A stretch of 64,000 bases of DNA. Origin: a virus. The notes under the pieces were generated by a model, which ran no database searches, was not told where the DNA came from, and saw nothing but the letters and a program-made list of their open reading frames with translations. Positions 25,639 to 36,554 of this stretch are shown one piece after another (within the stretch, counting starts at the first letter, position 1; each line of letters starts with the position of its first letter). Made by a program: the position numbers and the translations under genes. Location of the stretch: positions 1 through 64,000 of IMG/VR virus record IMGVR_UViG_3300042526_000097; one strand, given 5' to 3'.

Positions 25639-28600
25639 ATGAAACCCATCAAAGGATTATCACAGGATACTAGACCAGAAAGTCAACCAGAAGGAACTTA
25701 TCCTTTTGGTAAGAATGGCTTACAGTTTGATCTAGAGGGTTCTGTGACAAATGAGCCTGGCTTTAAGCAACTGACAAAGAACATAGTTCCTGCAGGTTAT
25801 ACTATCAATGGTATACTAGAAACTGATACTACAAAGGTCTTGGTCTTCTTTACAAATGACATAAACTCAGGGTTAAAACTCTATGACCTAGCAAGTAATA
25901 CAGTAAGTTTCTCTGTAATTGATACTGCTTTAACCTACAAACTTGGATTCAAAACTGAGAACTATATTACAGGTCAAGTACAAAGAAACAACCTAGGAGA
26001 ACTTGTATGTGCTTTTACTGACAAGGTTACATTCCCTAAGTTCATAAATCTTGATAAGCCTCAAATAGATGAACTCAGATCTTGGAACTTATTTCCTGAA
26101 TGTATATTTCCTACCATTACAAAGTCTATTGAAAGTGGAGGGTACTTGAGTGTAGGCTCATACTTCTTTGCTGTTAGATATTCAAGGTTAGATGGAACTG
26201 TAACAGGCTTCTCTGAAGTTTCAAGTGGTATAGCTATACTATCTGATATAAATGAGACGTTTGCTGATAAGGCAATACAGTTACTAATTACCAATGCTGA
26301 CACTACTTATGACTTTGTAGAAGTTGCAGTAATAAGTAAAATAAGTGGAATAGTAAAAGCTTCACTACTGAACAAGACTCCAATAGTTTCAGGTATTAGT
26401 AGAACTACCTTTACCGGTAATGAAGTTATTACAACTATATCAGTTGAGGAAGTATTAATCAACTCTGTCTTCTACAACAAGGTAGGTACAATAGGTCAAT
26501 TGAATGATGCTCTGTATATTGGCAAGTTAGAGAGAAGTGATGAGATTCTAGACATGCAACCTTATGCTAACCTAGTACAGTTGCTTTGGACTTCAGAACT
26601 TATTGATGTTGAAAACTGTCCTGAAGAACACAAAACAGGTCAGAAGAAAGGGTTCATGCATGGGGAGACTTATGCCTTTTACATTAGATACAAAATGTCT
26701 AATGGTAATATGACAATAGCTTATCATATTCCTGGGATAGAAGCAGATGCTACTGCTTTAGGAATTAGCTCTGTAGCTACTGCAGGAGGTTTAGGAAACA
26801 CCCCATTGTTTAAAGCTCAAGACTACATAAATACCTTTTCAAGTGTTACCCTTGAAGGCTTTACAGGTCCTTATTATAATGATACAGAAGTATACCCAAT
26901 TACTGATGACTTTAATTCTATAGCATTTGGAGGGTATGACCTTAGAGGTGAAAGAGTAAGACACCACAAGATGCCATCATTAAGATGGTGTCAGGAAGAA
27001 CTCTACTCTACACAGACTGATTATGGTTGTAAGAAGTTAGACATCTTAGGCATTAAGGCTATCAATGTAATTGTACCTACTAAGTACACTAATAAGATTA
27101 TAGGGTATGAGATTCTTTATGCTAAAAGGAATCTACAGAACATGACTATCTATGGTCAAGGATTAGCTATCTATGGGGCTACTTACTTAGATCCTTGGAG
27201 TCCTCAGTTATCAACTCTTACAGATGCCAAAGTTTACAGCAATGGAAACAACTGGGCCATAGCAGGCTATGCACCTAATCAAAGTTTTTTAAGGTTTCAT
27301 TCTTTTGATATCTTGTTTAATAAGCCTAAGATAGCCCCTTCTTTTATAGCAGCTCAGTACAAGTTAACAACAAAGCATGTTGTTGAAAGATCTAGTTATT
27401 CCTACATAACAGGTACTTCAATGGGAGTTACTGGTACAGGGTTTACTGTTACTTCATTAGATAGTATTGCTAGTGCTACAGTATCTACTGTGTCTGCTTT
27501 TAATATAAATGCTTTAAAAGACCCTAAGTATTTACTCAATGATACTAATGCTGTTACTAATAATGCTAACACTCCTTTTGGTACCTACCTATCATACTTT
27601 AATGGGTACTTAGAAACTGCTTATTCAGCCCAGTTATTGGGCCCACCATTGCCAATGTCTACTTATCCTGTATTAGACGATCAGGGAGGTTGGCCAACTT
27701 CTCCCACAAGTGTAGAAAATTACCTTACTAATTTGTGTGACACTAAGATAAACATATATGAAGCTTTCTATACTCAAGAGTTAGTATCTGCAGGAGATGT
27801 TAAAGCTCTCACAGATTCTAGTTCTTTTTGGGGAGGTGACATATTCTTATCTCAATACACTTTTCATACCTATGGACTATTAGACTATTACTGGGGGGTA
27901 CAAACTCGAAATGGTGTAGACTTTCCATTAGATAGAAGAGGCCATAGGGTAATTAATAGGTTTATATGTGAAACTGTAGCTAACCTTTATACTAGATATG
28001 AAATACCAGGTAACAACTACTCTTGGTGGTATCCTAAGAGACCACTAGGATCCGATCAAACTTTGTACCTACTAGATTACAATGGACATATAGACCCTAA
28101 TCAATTTGGATTTACTAAAGGTGCAGAAGCTATCAATGACTTTGCAGCTGATGAGATATTCAATCCTTACCAAGAATACATAAACAAGTTTCCATACCGT
28201 ATACATAGAGGAGGTAAGTTGTCTAGACAGACTACTAGATCTTGGAGAACCTTCCTAGCTTTAGACTACTATGAAATCCAAAAGAACATGGGATACATTG
28301 AGCATCTAGAAGGTATGGATGATAGAATGCTTGTACACATGACTAACTCTTTATTTGTTAGTCAAGACAAGGGTAAGTTAGAAGCTGGTATGTTGTCAAT
28401 TACTTTAGGAGCTGGAGACATTTTCCAGTTTGAACCACAAGAGGCTCAATCTTCTAAGTTAGGTTATGGGGGTACTCAACACAACCTAGCCTGTATAAGA
28501 ACTCCAATAGGGTATGTGTTTGCAGACTCTAAACAAGGGGAACTATATTTATACAAGTCTAAAGAGCTAAGTCTGTTAAACACAGGTATGCATAGGTTCT

Positions 28601-29793
28601 TAAGAGACTACTTAAAGATATTTGGAAAGAACCCTTTCACAGGTAATGGTATTACTCTAGGATGGGATCAGAGGTATAAACGTATACTAGCTACAGTAAA
28701 GAACATCAGACCAGCAGATGGAACTAATGTAGTAATCATAAATAGTCCTGCAGACATTCTAGAAGTAGTAGGTATAGTAGGTCCTCCAAACTACCCTGAC
28801 TGTCTTATAACTACTAATGGTATTGTTAAGATAGGAGATGTCATATTCTACCAAGGAAAGTATATGACTTACTTAGGCCAAAGTTCTAATACAGCTTATA
28901 GCTGTCCTGCAGATCCTTGTGATTGTATTGACCCTTATAACTTAAAGGTAGTCTTAATGAATGACCAAGTTTCCTCTCACGTTACATGGGGAGGAGTAGG
29001 AACATTCTCTTGGAATCTATATGAAGTAGGTACTCTTACTAATACCCTAGTACAGTCAGGAACAGCTACAGGATACTTTGTTGACTTTACTGCCTTATTA
29101 CCTGACACTGCTTATAAGTTTGAAATCTGGTCAGAGTGTGGACCTGAGTGTGTAAGTGGAATTAGATCTATTCAATGGTCTACTTCTCATGTAGTTAATT
29201 TACCTAGAAGCTATTGTTTATGGTATGCTGTGAACCCTGGGTTGTCTGACATCACAGTAACCTTAATGGACCAGTTATCAAACCCTACAATAGCTACATC
29301 TAACATACCTGTAACTATTTACAAAGTAGGTAGCACTGGAACTCTAATCGGTACTCTCACAGGTACAATTACAACTGGTAACTACTCAGTCAACATCTCA
29401 GTTGTATTAGGAACAGGAGAGTACTTAGCTGCAGGAACTGGTTATGCAGGGACTATCACAGACCCTTCTTATTGTGGGTTTGCTGTCTATGTTGTACCAG
29501 AACCTAAAGTATCTTACAAGTTCCACTTGTCAAGCAACTTGAATCGATACCCAGGATGGTCAGACACAGGGAATGTAGAGGTACTATCAAATGGTGTGAC
29601 ATACACAGGCTCTTTCAATTTAAACTCTATATCTAGTACATTTACTGCAGTTGTAAACTTGCCGGCACCTTCAGGTCCTGTAGTAGTAAGTATAGACCAT
29701 AACTTAATGGTAGGACCTACTAGTGTGGTTGAATCAGGAACAGGCTCTATAACACTTAACTCTAACAACTATATATCTTTAACTTACTCATAA
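25639..29793 (+). CDS. Tail stabilisation/muzzle protein (Tstab), N-terminal part with appended FN3/Ig-like domains
   Basis: KGLSQD, VRHHKMP, FWGGDIF, GYGGTQH and GWDQRYKRIL motifs; FN3-like LLPDTAYKFEIWSEC near 29100. Confidence 0.8.
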   Translation: MKPIKGLSQDTRPESQPEGTYPFGKNGLQFDLEGSVTNEPGFKQLTKNIVPAGYTINGILETDTTKVLVFFTNDINSGLKLYDLASNTVSFSVIDTALTYKLGFKTENYITGQVQRNNLGELVCAFTDKVTFPKFINLDKPQIDELRSWNLFPECIFPTITKSIESGGYLSVGSYFFAVRYSRLDGTVTGFSEVSSGIAILSDINETFADKAIQLLITNADTTYDFVEVAVISKISGIVKASLLNKTPIVSGISRTTFTGNEVITTISVEEVLINSVFYNKVGTIGQLNDALYIGKLERSDEILDMQPYANLVQLLWTSELIDVENCPEEHKTGQKKGFMHGETYAFYIRYKMSNGNMTIAYHIPGIEADATALGISSVATAGGLGNTPLFKAQDYINTFSSVTLEGFTGPYYNDTEVYPITDDFNSIAFGGYDLRGERVRHHKMPSLRWCQEELYSTQTDYGCKKLDILGIKAINVIVPTKYTNKIIGYEILYAKRNLQNMTIYGQGLAIYGATYLDPWSPQLSTLTDAKVYSNGNNWAIAGYAPNQSFLRFHSFDILFNKPKIAPSFIAAQYKLTTKHVVERSSYSYITGTSMGVTGTGFTVTSLDSIASATVSTVSAFNINALKDPKYLLNDTNAVTNNANTPFGTYLSYFNGYLETAYSAQLLGPPLPMSTYPVLDDQGGWPTSPTSVENYLTNLCDTKINIYEAFYTQELVSAGDVKALTDSSSFWGGDIFLSQYTFHTYGLLDYYWGVQTRNGVDFPLDRRGHRVINRFICETVANLYTRYEIPGNNYSWWYPKRPLGSDQTLYLLDYNGHIDPNQFGFTKGAEAINDFAADEIFNPYQEYINKFPYRIHRGGKLSRQTTRSWRTFLALDYYEIQKNMGYIEHLEGMDDRMLVHMTNSLFVSQDKGKLEAGMLSITLGAGDIFQFEPQEAQSSKLGYGGTQHNLACIRTPIGYVFADSKQGELYLYKSKELSLLNTGMHRFLRDYLKIFGKNPFTGNGITLGWDQRYKRILATVKNIRPADGTNVVIINSPADILEVVGIVGPPNYPDCLITTNGIVKIGDVIFYQGKYMTYLGQSSNTAYSCPADPCDCIDPYNLKVVLMNDQVSSHVTWGGVGTFSWNLYEVGTLTNTLVQSGTATGYFVDFTALLPDTAYKFEIWSECGPECVSGIRSIQWSTSHVVNLPRSYCLWYAVNPGLSDITVTLMDQLSNPTIATSNIPVTIYKVGSTGTLIGTLTGTITTGNYSVNISVVLGTGEYLAAGTGYAGTITDPSYCGFAVYVVPEPKVSYKFHLSSNLNRYPGWSDTGNVEVLSNGVTYTGSFNLNSISSTFTAVVNLPAPSGPVVVSIDHNLMVGPTSVVESGTGSITLNSNNYISLTYS

Positions 29794-30590
29794 TGGCACA
29801 AGGATGTAATCAAACTACTGCAGTCAACTTTGACCCAAACGCAACGTCTTGGGACCATTCTTGTGTCTACTTGATGAAGCTATCTTTCCCTAATAGCAAT
29901 TCTCAAACTGAATACTGTCTAGCCTTTGAAGACTTGGACTTAGAGGATTCTGTAGATAAGTCATTTACTATGTCTTACTCTGTCAAGGACGGTGCATGGG
30001 TATTCTTCCATGATTACATCCCTGACTTCTATTTCCATACCAGAGAAGCCTTGTTTACTTTAAAGGACAATGCCCTGTATAAAACTAATGCAGGTCCAGT
30101 AGGTCAGTACTTTAATGAAACCCCTAACTCTTTTTTTATAGACGTAGTGTTCAAAGCTGAAGGAGAACTTTTATTGGAAACAGTAAACTGGATCTCATCT
30201 GTACTGGAAGATAGTTCCGATGCCAGTACTGTTGGTAGTGAGTGGAATACACTTACTCACATCTCAATCTGGAACTCTCAGCAACACTCAGGTAGACTAG
30301 CTTTAAAAGACATCTTTGCAGACTTACAATACCAAACCTCTAGAAACACTAATGGCCAATGGAGTTTTAATGACTTTAGGAATATAGTCACTACCAGAGG
30401 AACAACCTTTATACAAGACCTATTCCATAACTATGCTCTCAATCCTGGAACGACTAGTACCAAAGATTGGTATGATGCTGAATTGTTACAGGACAAGTAC
30501 TTTGTAGTAAGGTTTGAGTTTGACAATACGTTGCAGAAACAACTGATATTACATGAAACAGCTGTACAAGCTATAAAAGCTAAAAGATAA
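29793..30590 (+). CDS. C-terminal part of the muzzle/Tstab protein as a separate ORF
   Basis: SFTMSYS...WVFFHDYIPD, WNSQQHSG and DKYFVVRFEFDN correspond to the usual Tstab C-terminus. Confidence 0.7.
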   Translation: MAQGCNQTTAVNFDPNATSWDHSCVYLMKLSFPNSNSQTEYCLAFEDLDLEDSVDKSFTMSYSVKDGAWVFFHDYIPDFYFHTREALFTLKDNALYKTNAGPVGQYFNETPNSFFIDVVFKAEGELLLETVNWISSVLEDSSDASTVGSEWNTLTHISIWNSQQHSGRLALKDIFADLQYQTSRNTNGQWSFNDFRNIVTTRGTTFIQDLFHNYALNPGTTSTKDWYDAELLQDKYFVVRFEFDNTLQKQLILHETAVQAIKAKR

Positions 30591-33115
30591 TGAGAAAGAA
30601 ACAAAATGGTGGCCCTATGCTGTTTGTTAAAAATGGAGGTAATCTTTCTGCCCCGTCTGATAGACCGGGTGGTCCATTGATTTCTTACTATGCCAAGAAA
30701 GGTGGGAAGATTCCACAAGCTAATTTTACTAACTACTCTGGAACTCAAATGTATGGGACAGGAGGAAACTTTGACTATAACTTACCAAGTATGAAATACT
30801 CACAAACACCTAGTGGACAGGCCTACAAGAATGGAGGTACTATACACATCAACCCTGCTAACAAGGGAAAGTTTAATGCTACTAAAGCTAGAACAGGAAA
30901 GTCTACTGAGGAGCTTACTCACAGTTCTAATCCTGTGACTAAAAAGAGAGCTGTCTTTGCACAGAATGCTGCTAAGTGGAAACATGAAAATGGAGGACCA
31001 CTATTAGTAGGTAATCAACATGTAGCAATGGGTGGGACCCTTAGGATGTATGACCAAGGAGGTGCACTTAATGTTGCCTATGGTAATGGAGGAATGATTA
31101 AACGTGCAGATGGTTCTTATTCCCAAAGAGGTTTATGGGATAACATCAGAGCTAATGCTGGGTCAGGTAAAGAACCTACAAAAGAGATGCTACAACAAGA
31201 ACGTAAGATTACTTCTAAGTATAAAAATGGAGGTATGATAAATCCTTATGCTATGAACATAGTAGGTAAAGGACTTAAGAAGTATTTACTTGGTGGGCCT
31301 GCTGATGAAACTGATGGAGTTATTTCAGGTAATCAAACTCCATTCTCTTTATGGTCTAGAAACCAAAACATGCCTGCACAGACCCAACAAGAGGGTGTCT
31401 TTAACACGGCTAGCAACCAACAAAGAAAAAACTTTGTAACTCCTGAATTTGCACCAGGTACAGAAGGTAAAGGCATGTCAATTCCAGAAACTCCAGAACC
31501 ACAAGATACGTTTAAAAATGAAAAACAAGCAGCTGCTCTGTACAGTGGGTCTATTCAAGCAGGTTCATCTTTTATAGGTAACTTTGCTGAGACAAACAGA
31601 CGTAAGTCAGAAGGGGCTCATGATACCGGTTTTGGGTCTGACGTAAAAGGAGCTGCTAAAGGTATGGGTACAGGAGCATCTATAGGTTCTACCTTTGGTC
31701 CTATTGGTACTTTTGCTGGAGCAGTTGTAGGAGGAGTAGCTGGGTACTTTAGTGGTAAAGCTGAGGGCAAGGTTAAGAAGAGAGCTTACGATGCATGGCA
31801 AGCTGACTACATGAAAGCAGAACAAAGTCGTATAGATTCCAATTCATCTAGATACCAAGATTTCCAATCTACTGGTAGTGGGTATTATGCTAAAGGAGGT
31901 AAGATGTATAGAGCAGGAGGCCAACTTCCTACTAAGTATGTAACTGACCCTAATGATAAAAGACTTAGAAACTATCAGGATAGTCTTAAACTTTACAATT
32001 CTTATGAAGATCTTAAGAAAAAACTAATAGACTCCAAGTATCAAAACCTCGGGACTGCAGGTTCTTTCGGAAAATTAACTGACAAAGAAGTTATTGAAGA
32101 GGCAACCAGAGACAAGTCAGATGACTCTATTCTAACCGATTATTTTGGAAAGTTTGTAGATAAAAGACCTTATATAAAAGCTAGTAAAGAAGGCTCTTTG
32201 TACAAAACTTTAGACTTCTACCCAGGTAAAATTAATGAAGAGTTAGGGTACCAATATTTTAGTACTACTATAAAGCCTAAGTCTGAGGAAGAGTGGCGTA
32301 GACATCGTATCCACGGGGATTCAAGGCTAGTTAAAAACTACTCTAACGTGAACCCTATACAACCCGTAGAACTATCTATGAAAGCTTCTCCAAGTAATCC
32401 TCCTTCAAAAGTAGTTCCTGGTTATAAGAGAATGATAAGTAGATTGCCTGATCCAAAGAAAACTTCTCCAAGTATGCAATCTTTGCATCCTCAACAGATG
32501 CAATCCTCTCCTGTTTCTATGCAAGGTCAACCTATGCAAATACAACCCATGACCTTACCTCAACAAAAAGGTAGACCAGTATATGGTCCAGGTAGTACTA
32601 TCATAGGGTATAACGGAGAAGATGGTAAAATGAGAAAAGCATACCAGTACACAGGTGCACCTAATAACGAACTCAACTTACAAGATAAGGCTTTACTTGA
32701 AGATAAAGACAAGTGGCAACAGTATTTGTCAAGTAAAGATAGTGGGTACAAGTTTGCAACAGGAGGTTCTATGGCTTCTAACTACATGGCCAATCAAAAG
32801 GCAGTAGGGGGAAATTTAGTTCCATTGTCTTCAGATGCTGTAGAAGTTAAAGGACCATCACATGCTAACGGTGGTGTTAAACTCCCTGAGATGGAAGCAG
32901 AAGTAGAAGGTAAAGAAGTAATCAAAGATGACTATGTGTTCTCAGAACAACTAGGATTTGCTAAAGAGGCCAAGAAATTGGCTAAAGCTAAAGGGCGTAT
33001 AGAAGAGAAACCTTCTACACCTGAACGTATAAACTCTTTAAAATTACTTGAAAGTAAAGAAAATCAACTTAAATTAGCACAAGAATTCATCCGTAAACAA
33101 AACAACTTACAATAA
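30590..33115 (+). CDS. Virion cargo protein with repeated xxGG motifs and a glycine-zipper segment
   Basis: About 15 Phi-x-x-G-G motifs; GASIGSTFGPIGTFAGAVVGG hydrophobic zipper; C-terminal GPSHANGG...AEVEGKEV crAss cargo motif. Confidence 0.75.
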   Translation: MRKKQNGGPMLFVKNGGNLSAPSDRPGGPLISYYAKKGGKIPQANFTNYSGTQMYGTGGNFDYNLPSMKYSQTPSGQAYKNGGTIHINPANKGKFNATKARTGKSTEELTHSSNPVTKKRAVFAQNAAKWKHENGGPLLVGNQHVAMGGTLRMYDQGGALNVAYGNGGMIKRADGSYSQRGLWDNIRANAGSGKEPTKEMLQQERKITSKYKNGGMINPYAMNIVGKGLKKYLLGGPADETDGVISGNQTPFSLWSRNQNMPAQTQQEGVFNTASNQQRKNFVTPEFAPGTEGKGMSIPETPEPQDTFKNEKQAAALYSGSIQAGSSFIGNFAETNRRKSEGAHDTGFGSDVKGAAKGMGTGASIGSTFGPIGTFAGAVVGGVAGYFSGKAEGKVKKRAYDAWQADYMKAEQSRIDSNSSRYQDFQSTGSGYYAKGGKMYRAGGQLPTKYVTDPNDKRLRNYQDSLKLYNSYEDLKKKLIDSKYQNLGTAGSFGKLTDKEVIEEATRDKSDDSILTDYFGKFVDKRPYIKASKEGSLYKTLDFYPGKINEELGYQYFSTTIKPKSEEEWRRHRIHGDSRLVKNYSNVNPIQPVELSMKASPSNPPSKVVPGYKRMISRLPDPKKTSPSMQSLHPQQMQSSPVSMQGQPMQIQPMTLPQQKGRPVYGPGSTIIGYNGEDGKMRKAYQYTGAPNNELNLQDKALLEDKDKWQQYLSSKDSGYKFATGGSMASNYMANQKAVGGNLVPLSSDAVEVKGPSHANGGVKLPEMEAEVEGKEVIKDDYVFSEQLGFAKEAKKLAKAKGRIEEKPSTPERINSLKLLESKENQLKLAQEFIRKQNNLQ

Positions 33116-33116
33116 C

Positions 33117-34385
33117 ATGGGAAAGTGGAAAGATTACTTCCAATCAGTGGAAGATGCAACAGGTAAAAAATTCAATCATGGGGACGGTGCCTTTGGTTCT
33201 TTTGGTTATAGAAAAACAGGGCATCTTAGAACTGTTTATGACAACTCCCCAGAGTTAAAAAGTAAATACAAATCTTATGATGACTTGTGGAATGTTATAA
33301 AATCAGGAGACTATAATAAACCTGAAGTACAAAGTATTGATGATACTTATGAAAAATGGTTACAAACAAAATCAAATGGAGATTTAATTAAAGCTGCAAA
33401 GTTTAACTTAAGTGATGCTAAGGTACCTGCAAACAATGACATATATGCCAAAAGAGTTGCTAAAGCTGCAAAGCTTGACACACAACCAGCAGCAATTATA
33501 ACAGGAGAAAAAGTTAACACATCACCAGGTTCTACTGTAACCTTTAATCCTACTTCAAATAACTCTAAGGTTGAAGGGCTAAGTCAAATGGCAAACCAAG
33601 GAGTTATACCTGAAAGAACTGTTATAGAACCTATGCAAAGACTAGGCACTACACCTTTAGTAGAGAAAAAAGAAACACCTCAAACACCTGAAGTTGTTCC
33701 AGTAGTAAGTAAAGTAAAAGCCCCACCTGAGAAACCTAGTAACCTTAAAAAGATATCTGAGCTTGCTATGAACACAGCTCCTTACTTATCTAACCTTTAC
33801 AGTGCTACAATAAAACCACCTGCTACTCCTTCTCCAATACTTAATGCCCCTACATCTTTACAAAGAGTAAGTATGGATGTAGATAGAACTCAGTTAGAAA
33901 GTGACTATAGAGATGCTTTAAGGACTAGCGACTTAGCAGATGTCTCTACATCTGTAAGAGCTAAGTTAGCTGCTAAGGCTCAGAAGTTTAATCAAATGTC
34001 TAAGATTAATGAGACTGAAAGAAATGCTAACTTAAACATCTCTAACAAAGAAAGAGAGATTAACACAGGTATAGACATGGCTAACCGTCAAGCCTTATAC
34101 AATAAACAGTTACAAGATGTTGAAAGAGAGAATGCTATGATAGCACAGAGGACTGCTAACGTAGCTAACTTCTCTGACAAGATAATTGCTCAACAAGCTA
34201 GAAAAGATCTGCAAGACTTGGAAGTAAAAAAGACTGAGATACTGGCTAACTCAGATACCTTTGGAAATCTTAAAACTTACCTAGAGAGTATGGGTGGAGA
34301 AAAGAAGACTATGGCTATGGGAGGAAAACTCTATACAGCTGGTAGATTTATGAAGACACTTAAACCGATTAAAACAATCAAATAA
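33117..34385 (+). CDS. Virion cargo protein, possible N-terminal lysozyme-like domain
   Basis: 422 aa with an Asn/Gln-rich coiled C-terminus typical of ejected proteins; synteny. Confidence 0.65.
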   Translation: MGKWKDYFQSVEDATGKKFNHGDGAFGSFGYRKTGHLRTVYDNSPELKSKYKSYDDLWNVIKSGDYNKPEVQSIDDTYEKWLQTKSNGDLIKAAKFNLSDAKVPANNDIYAKRVAKAAKLDTQPAAIITGEKVNTSPGSTVTFNPTSNNSKVEGLSQMANQGVIPERTVIEPMQRLGTTPLVEKKETPQTPEVVPVVSKVKAPPEKPSNLKKISELAMNTAPYLSNLYSATIKPPATPSPILNAPTSLQRVSMDVDRTQLESDYRDALRTSDLADVSTSVRAKLAAKAQKFNQMSKINETERNANLNISNKEREINTGIDMANRQALYNKQLQDVERENAMIAQRTANVANFSDKIIAQQARKDLQDLEVKKTEILANSDTFGNLKTYLESMGGEKKTMAMGGKLYTAGRFMKTLKPIKTIK

Positions 34386-34387
34386 CT

Positions 34388-36544
34388 ATGGGACTGTACG
34401 ACAACTATAAAGTAAACCTATCTAATACTGTTAGACCTTTTGCAGGGTCTGTAGTCCCTGAGCTAAGAGAGATGAAGAAAGACATGGACACTGCTTCCTA
34501 TAAAACTCTTGACCTCAACATGTCCACTCAAGATTTATTAGCTACTACTCCAACATTAGATATAGATAAGGATGCTTACAATCAAGTAAGTTCAGAAGCT
34601 TTAGGAAAGATTGATGCAATATCTCAAAGTGGGGAACTAGCTAGATCTTTACCTGATGCTCTTGCTGTAGCACATCAAACTGCAAGAAAATTAAACTCAC
34701 TTGCAAAACGTCAAAAGGAGATGGAAGATTATGAATCAAAGTTAACTACTATGACTCCAGATGTACGAGAGTATCTAGTAGCTGAAACTAAAAGACAAAA
34801 TGGACCTGCTCAGTTTGATAGTAGAACACAAAGAGCTAACCCGATAGTTCCTGTTATGCCGGCCAAACAGATTAAAGATGATGAGATGGTTCGTCAAGCT
34901 GTAATTTCAATAGTAAGATCTAAAGCGTGGTCAGTAACTGATAGTGATATGAATAGTATAACTCAAGACAAAGCAACAGGCAAATATACTGTAAAGACTA
35001 GTAATGGAATACAAGAGATATCTGCTAAGGACTTAATAGAAACAGTTGATAAGGCCTTAGTAAATAGTAAAGAGTGGCAAGCTTCTTTAGAGCAGGATGC
35101 CAAAGCAGAGTCTTATGGAGTTCATAAGAACCTATCAGAAGAACAAGCAAAGCAAGAGATTGACAACCCAACTTTAGGGTATGCCAAACGTGCTCAAGAT
35201 ATATTTTTAAAAGGCGGTGTTACAGCTAAGCAGGCTTTAGAAATAGCTGGTTCAGAAAAGATTAAGATGGACAAGATAACTAATCTTAAGACTTATGCAT
35301 CTGGGGCAGCTTCAAGAGAAGTTAGTGAAAGTAAAATGACTGGTACTATAGAGAAAGATGGTACTAGTGCTGCAGCAGCAAAGAGTAAAGAAACTTCTTA
35401 TCTTGTAGGACTTAATTTAGGTATAACAGCAGCTAGTACAACTGCCCAAAAAACTAGTGCGGAAATTAGTAAAACTGCAAATCAATATCAGGCAGATATA
35501 GATAATACAAATAATGAACTTGCTGTAGCTATAAAGAATTCTAAGCTACCTGGAAATGTTGGTATAGATGCACAAGCTGAAGTTGAAACTTTAAATAGAA
35601 AATTAAACGACTTAGCAGCTAGCAAAGCAATAGCAGAATCTGCTAATGCTGTTATACTAGATCAAGAAGCTAGAAGACTTAAAGGTAAATCTTGGGATGA
35701 ACTTAATACTGCTAATATGAATACAGCTTTAAAGAACATAAGTAGAGTAATAGGAAACCCTGAAGAGGCTAAGAAATTGACAACTGCTTTAATGAATGGG
35801 CAAGCAATACGTAGTGAACTAGATCCAAAGAGACCGTTTGCAGGAACTACCTTGACAGTAGGTAACAAAAAATACGATGTTGAAACTACAACAAAAATAG
35901 ATAAGGCTTTTAGAGCTGTTAGTAGTGATATATCAGATGTTTTAGATGCAGCAAGTAATAAAAAAGCAGCTCCTGATAATTCTAATACTATGTCTGTTCC
36001 AATTATAGGTACTATTAAAACTGCAATAGAAACTCAACTTCCTAATCTAACTTTATATGATGCTAGTAATATTAACAATGTGACTAAAGACAACTTAAAC
36101 ATAGATTGGAGTACAGCTCGGGTTACAAATTACATACCTAAACTAAAAAGAATACAAATTGTAACAGATAAAAAAGTGTTTTTAGCTGATGTAAGTAATA
36201 TGTCACAGCTTAGAGATCAAATAGCAGATGACATGCTTTCTACTTCAAGCCCTCAAGTAAGACAAGTTGGTTTAAACCTAAAACTTAATAATACTGAAGC
36301 TTATGAAAAGGCATTTAAAGTAGGTAGTACAGTTATATACAAACACCCTGCTACAGGAGATGACCTTCTAATTAGTGGCAATAATTATGGTATAAAAAGA
36401 ACAGCTAATAATACCTATGTATTTGTAAATCAAAAAACTGGTAAACCTGAAAAGATTATATATAGCAAGGCTAGTGAACCTAAGATGAACTTTCAATTTG
36501 CTGAGATTGAGAACATGCTCAATAACATGATACCAAAAAACTAA
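34388..36544 (+). CDS. Virion cargo/ejection protein (coiled coil)
   Basis: 718-aa helical protein upstream of the giant RNAP genes. Confidence 0.65.
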   Translation: MGLYDNYKVNLSNTVRPFAGSVVPELREMKKDMDTASYKTLDLNMSTQDLLATTPTLDIDKDAYNQVSSEALGKIDAISQSGELARSLPDALAVAHQTARKLNSLAKRQKEMEDYESKLTTMTPDVREYLVAETKRQNGPAQFDSRTQRANPIVPVMPAKQIKDDEMVRQAVISIVRSKAWSVTDSDMNSITQDKATGKYTVKTSNGIQEISAKDLIETVDKALVNSKEWQASLEQDAKAESYGVHKNLSEEQAKQEIDNPTLGYAKRAQDIFLKGGVTAKQALEIAGSEKIKMDKITNLKTYASGAASREVSESKMTGTIEKDGTSAAAAKSKETSYLVGLNLGITAASTTAQKTSAEISKTANQYQADIDNTNNELAVAIKNSKLPGNVGIDAQAEVETLNRKLNDLAASKAIAESANAVILDQEARRLKGKSWDELNTANMNTALKNISRVIGNPEEAKKLTTALMNGQAIRSELDPKRPFAGTTLTVGNKKYDVETTTKIDKAFRAVSSDISDVLDAASNKKAAPDNSNTMSVPIIGTIKTAIETQLPNLTLYDASNINNVTKDNLNIDWSTARVTNYIPKLKRIQIVTDKKVFLADVSNMSQLRDQIADDMLSTSSPQVRQVGLNLKLNNTEAYEKAFKVGSTVIYKHPATGDDLLISGNNYGIKRTANNTYVFVNQKTGKPEKIIYSKASEPKMNFQFAEIENMLNNMIPKN

Positions 36545-36554
36545 CTTGTAACTA

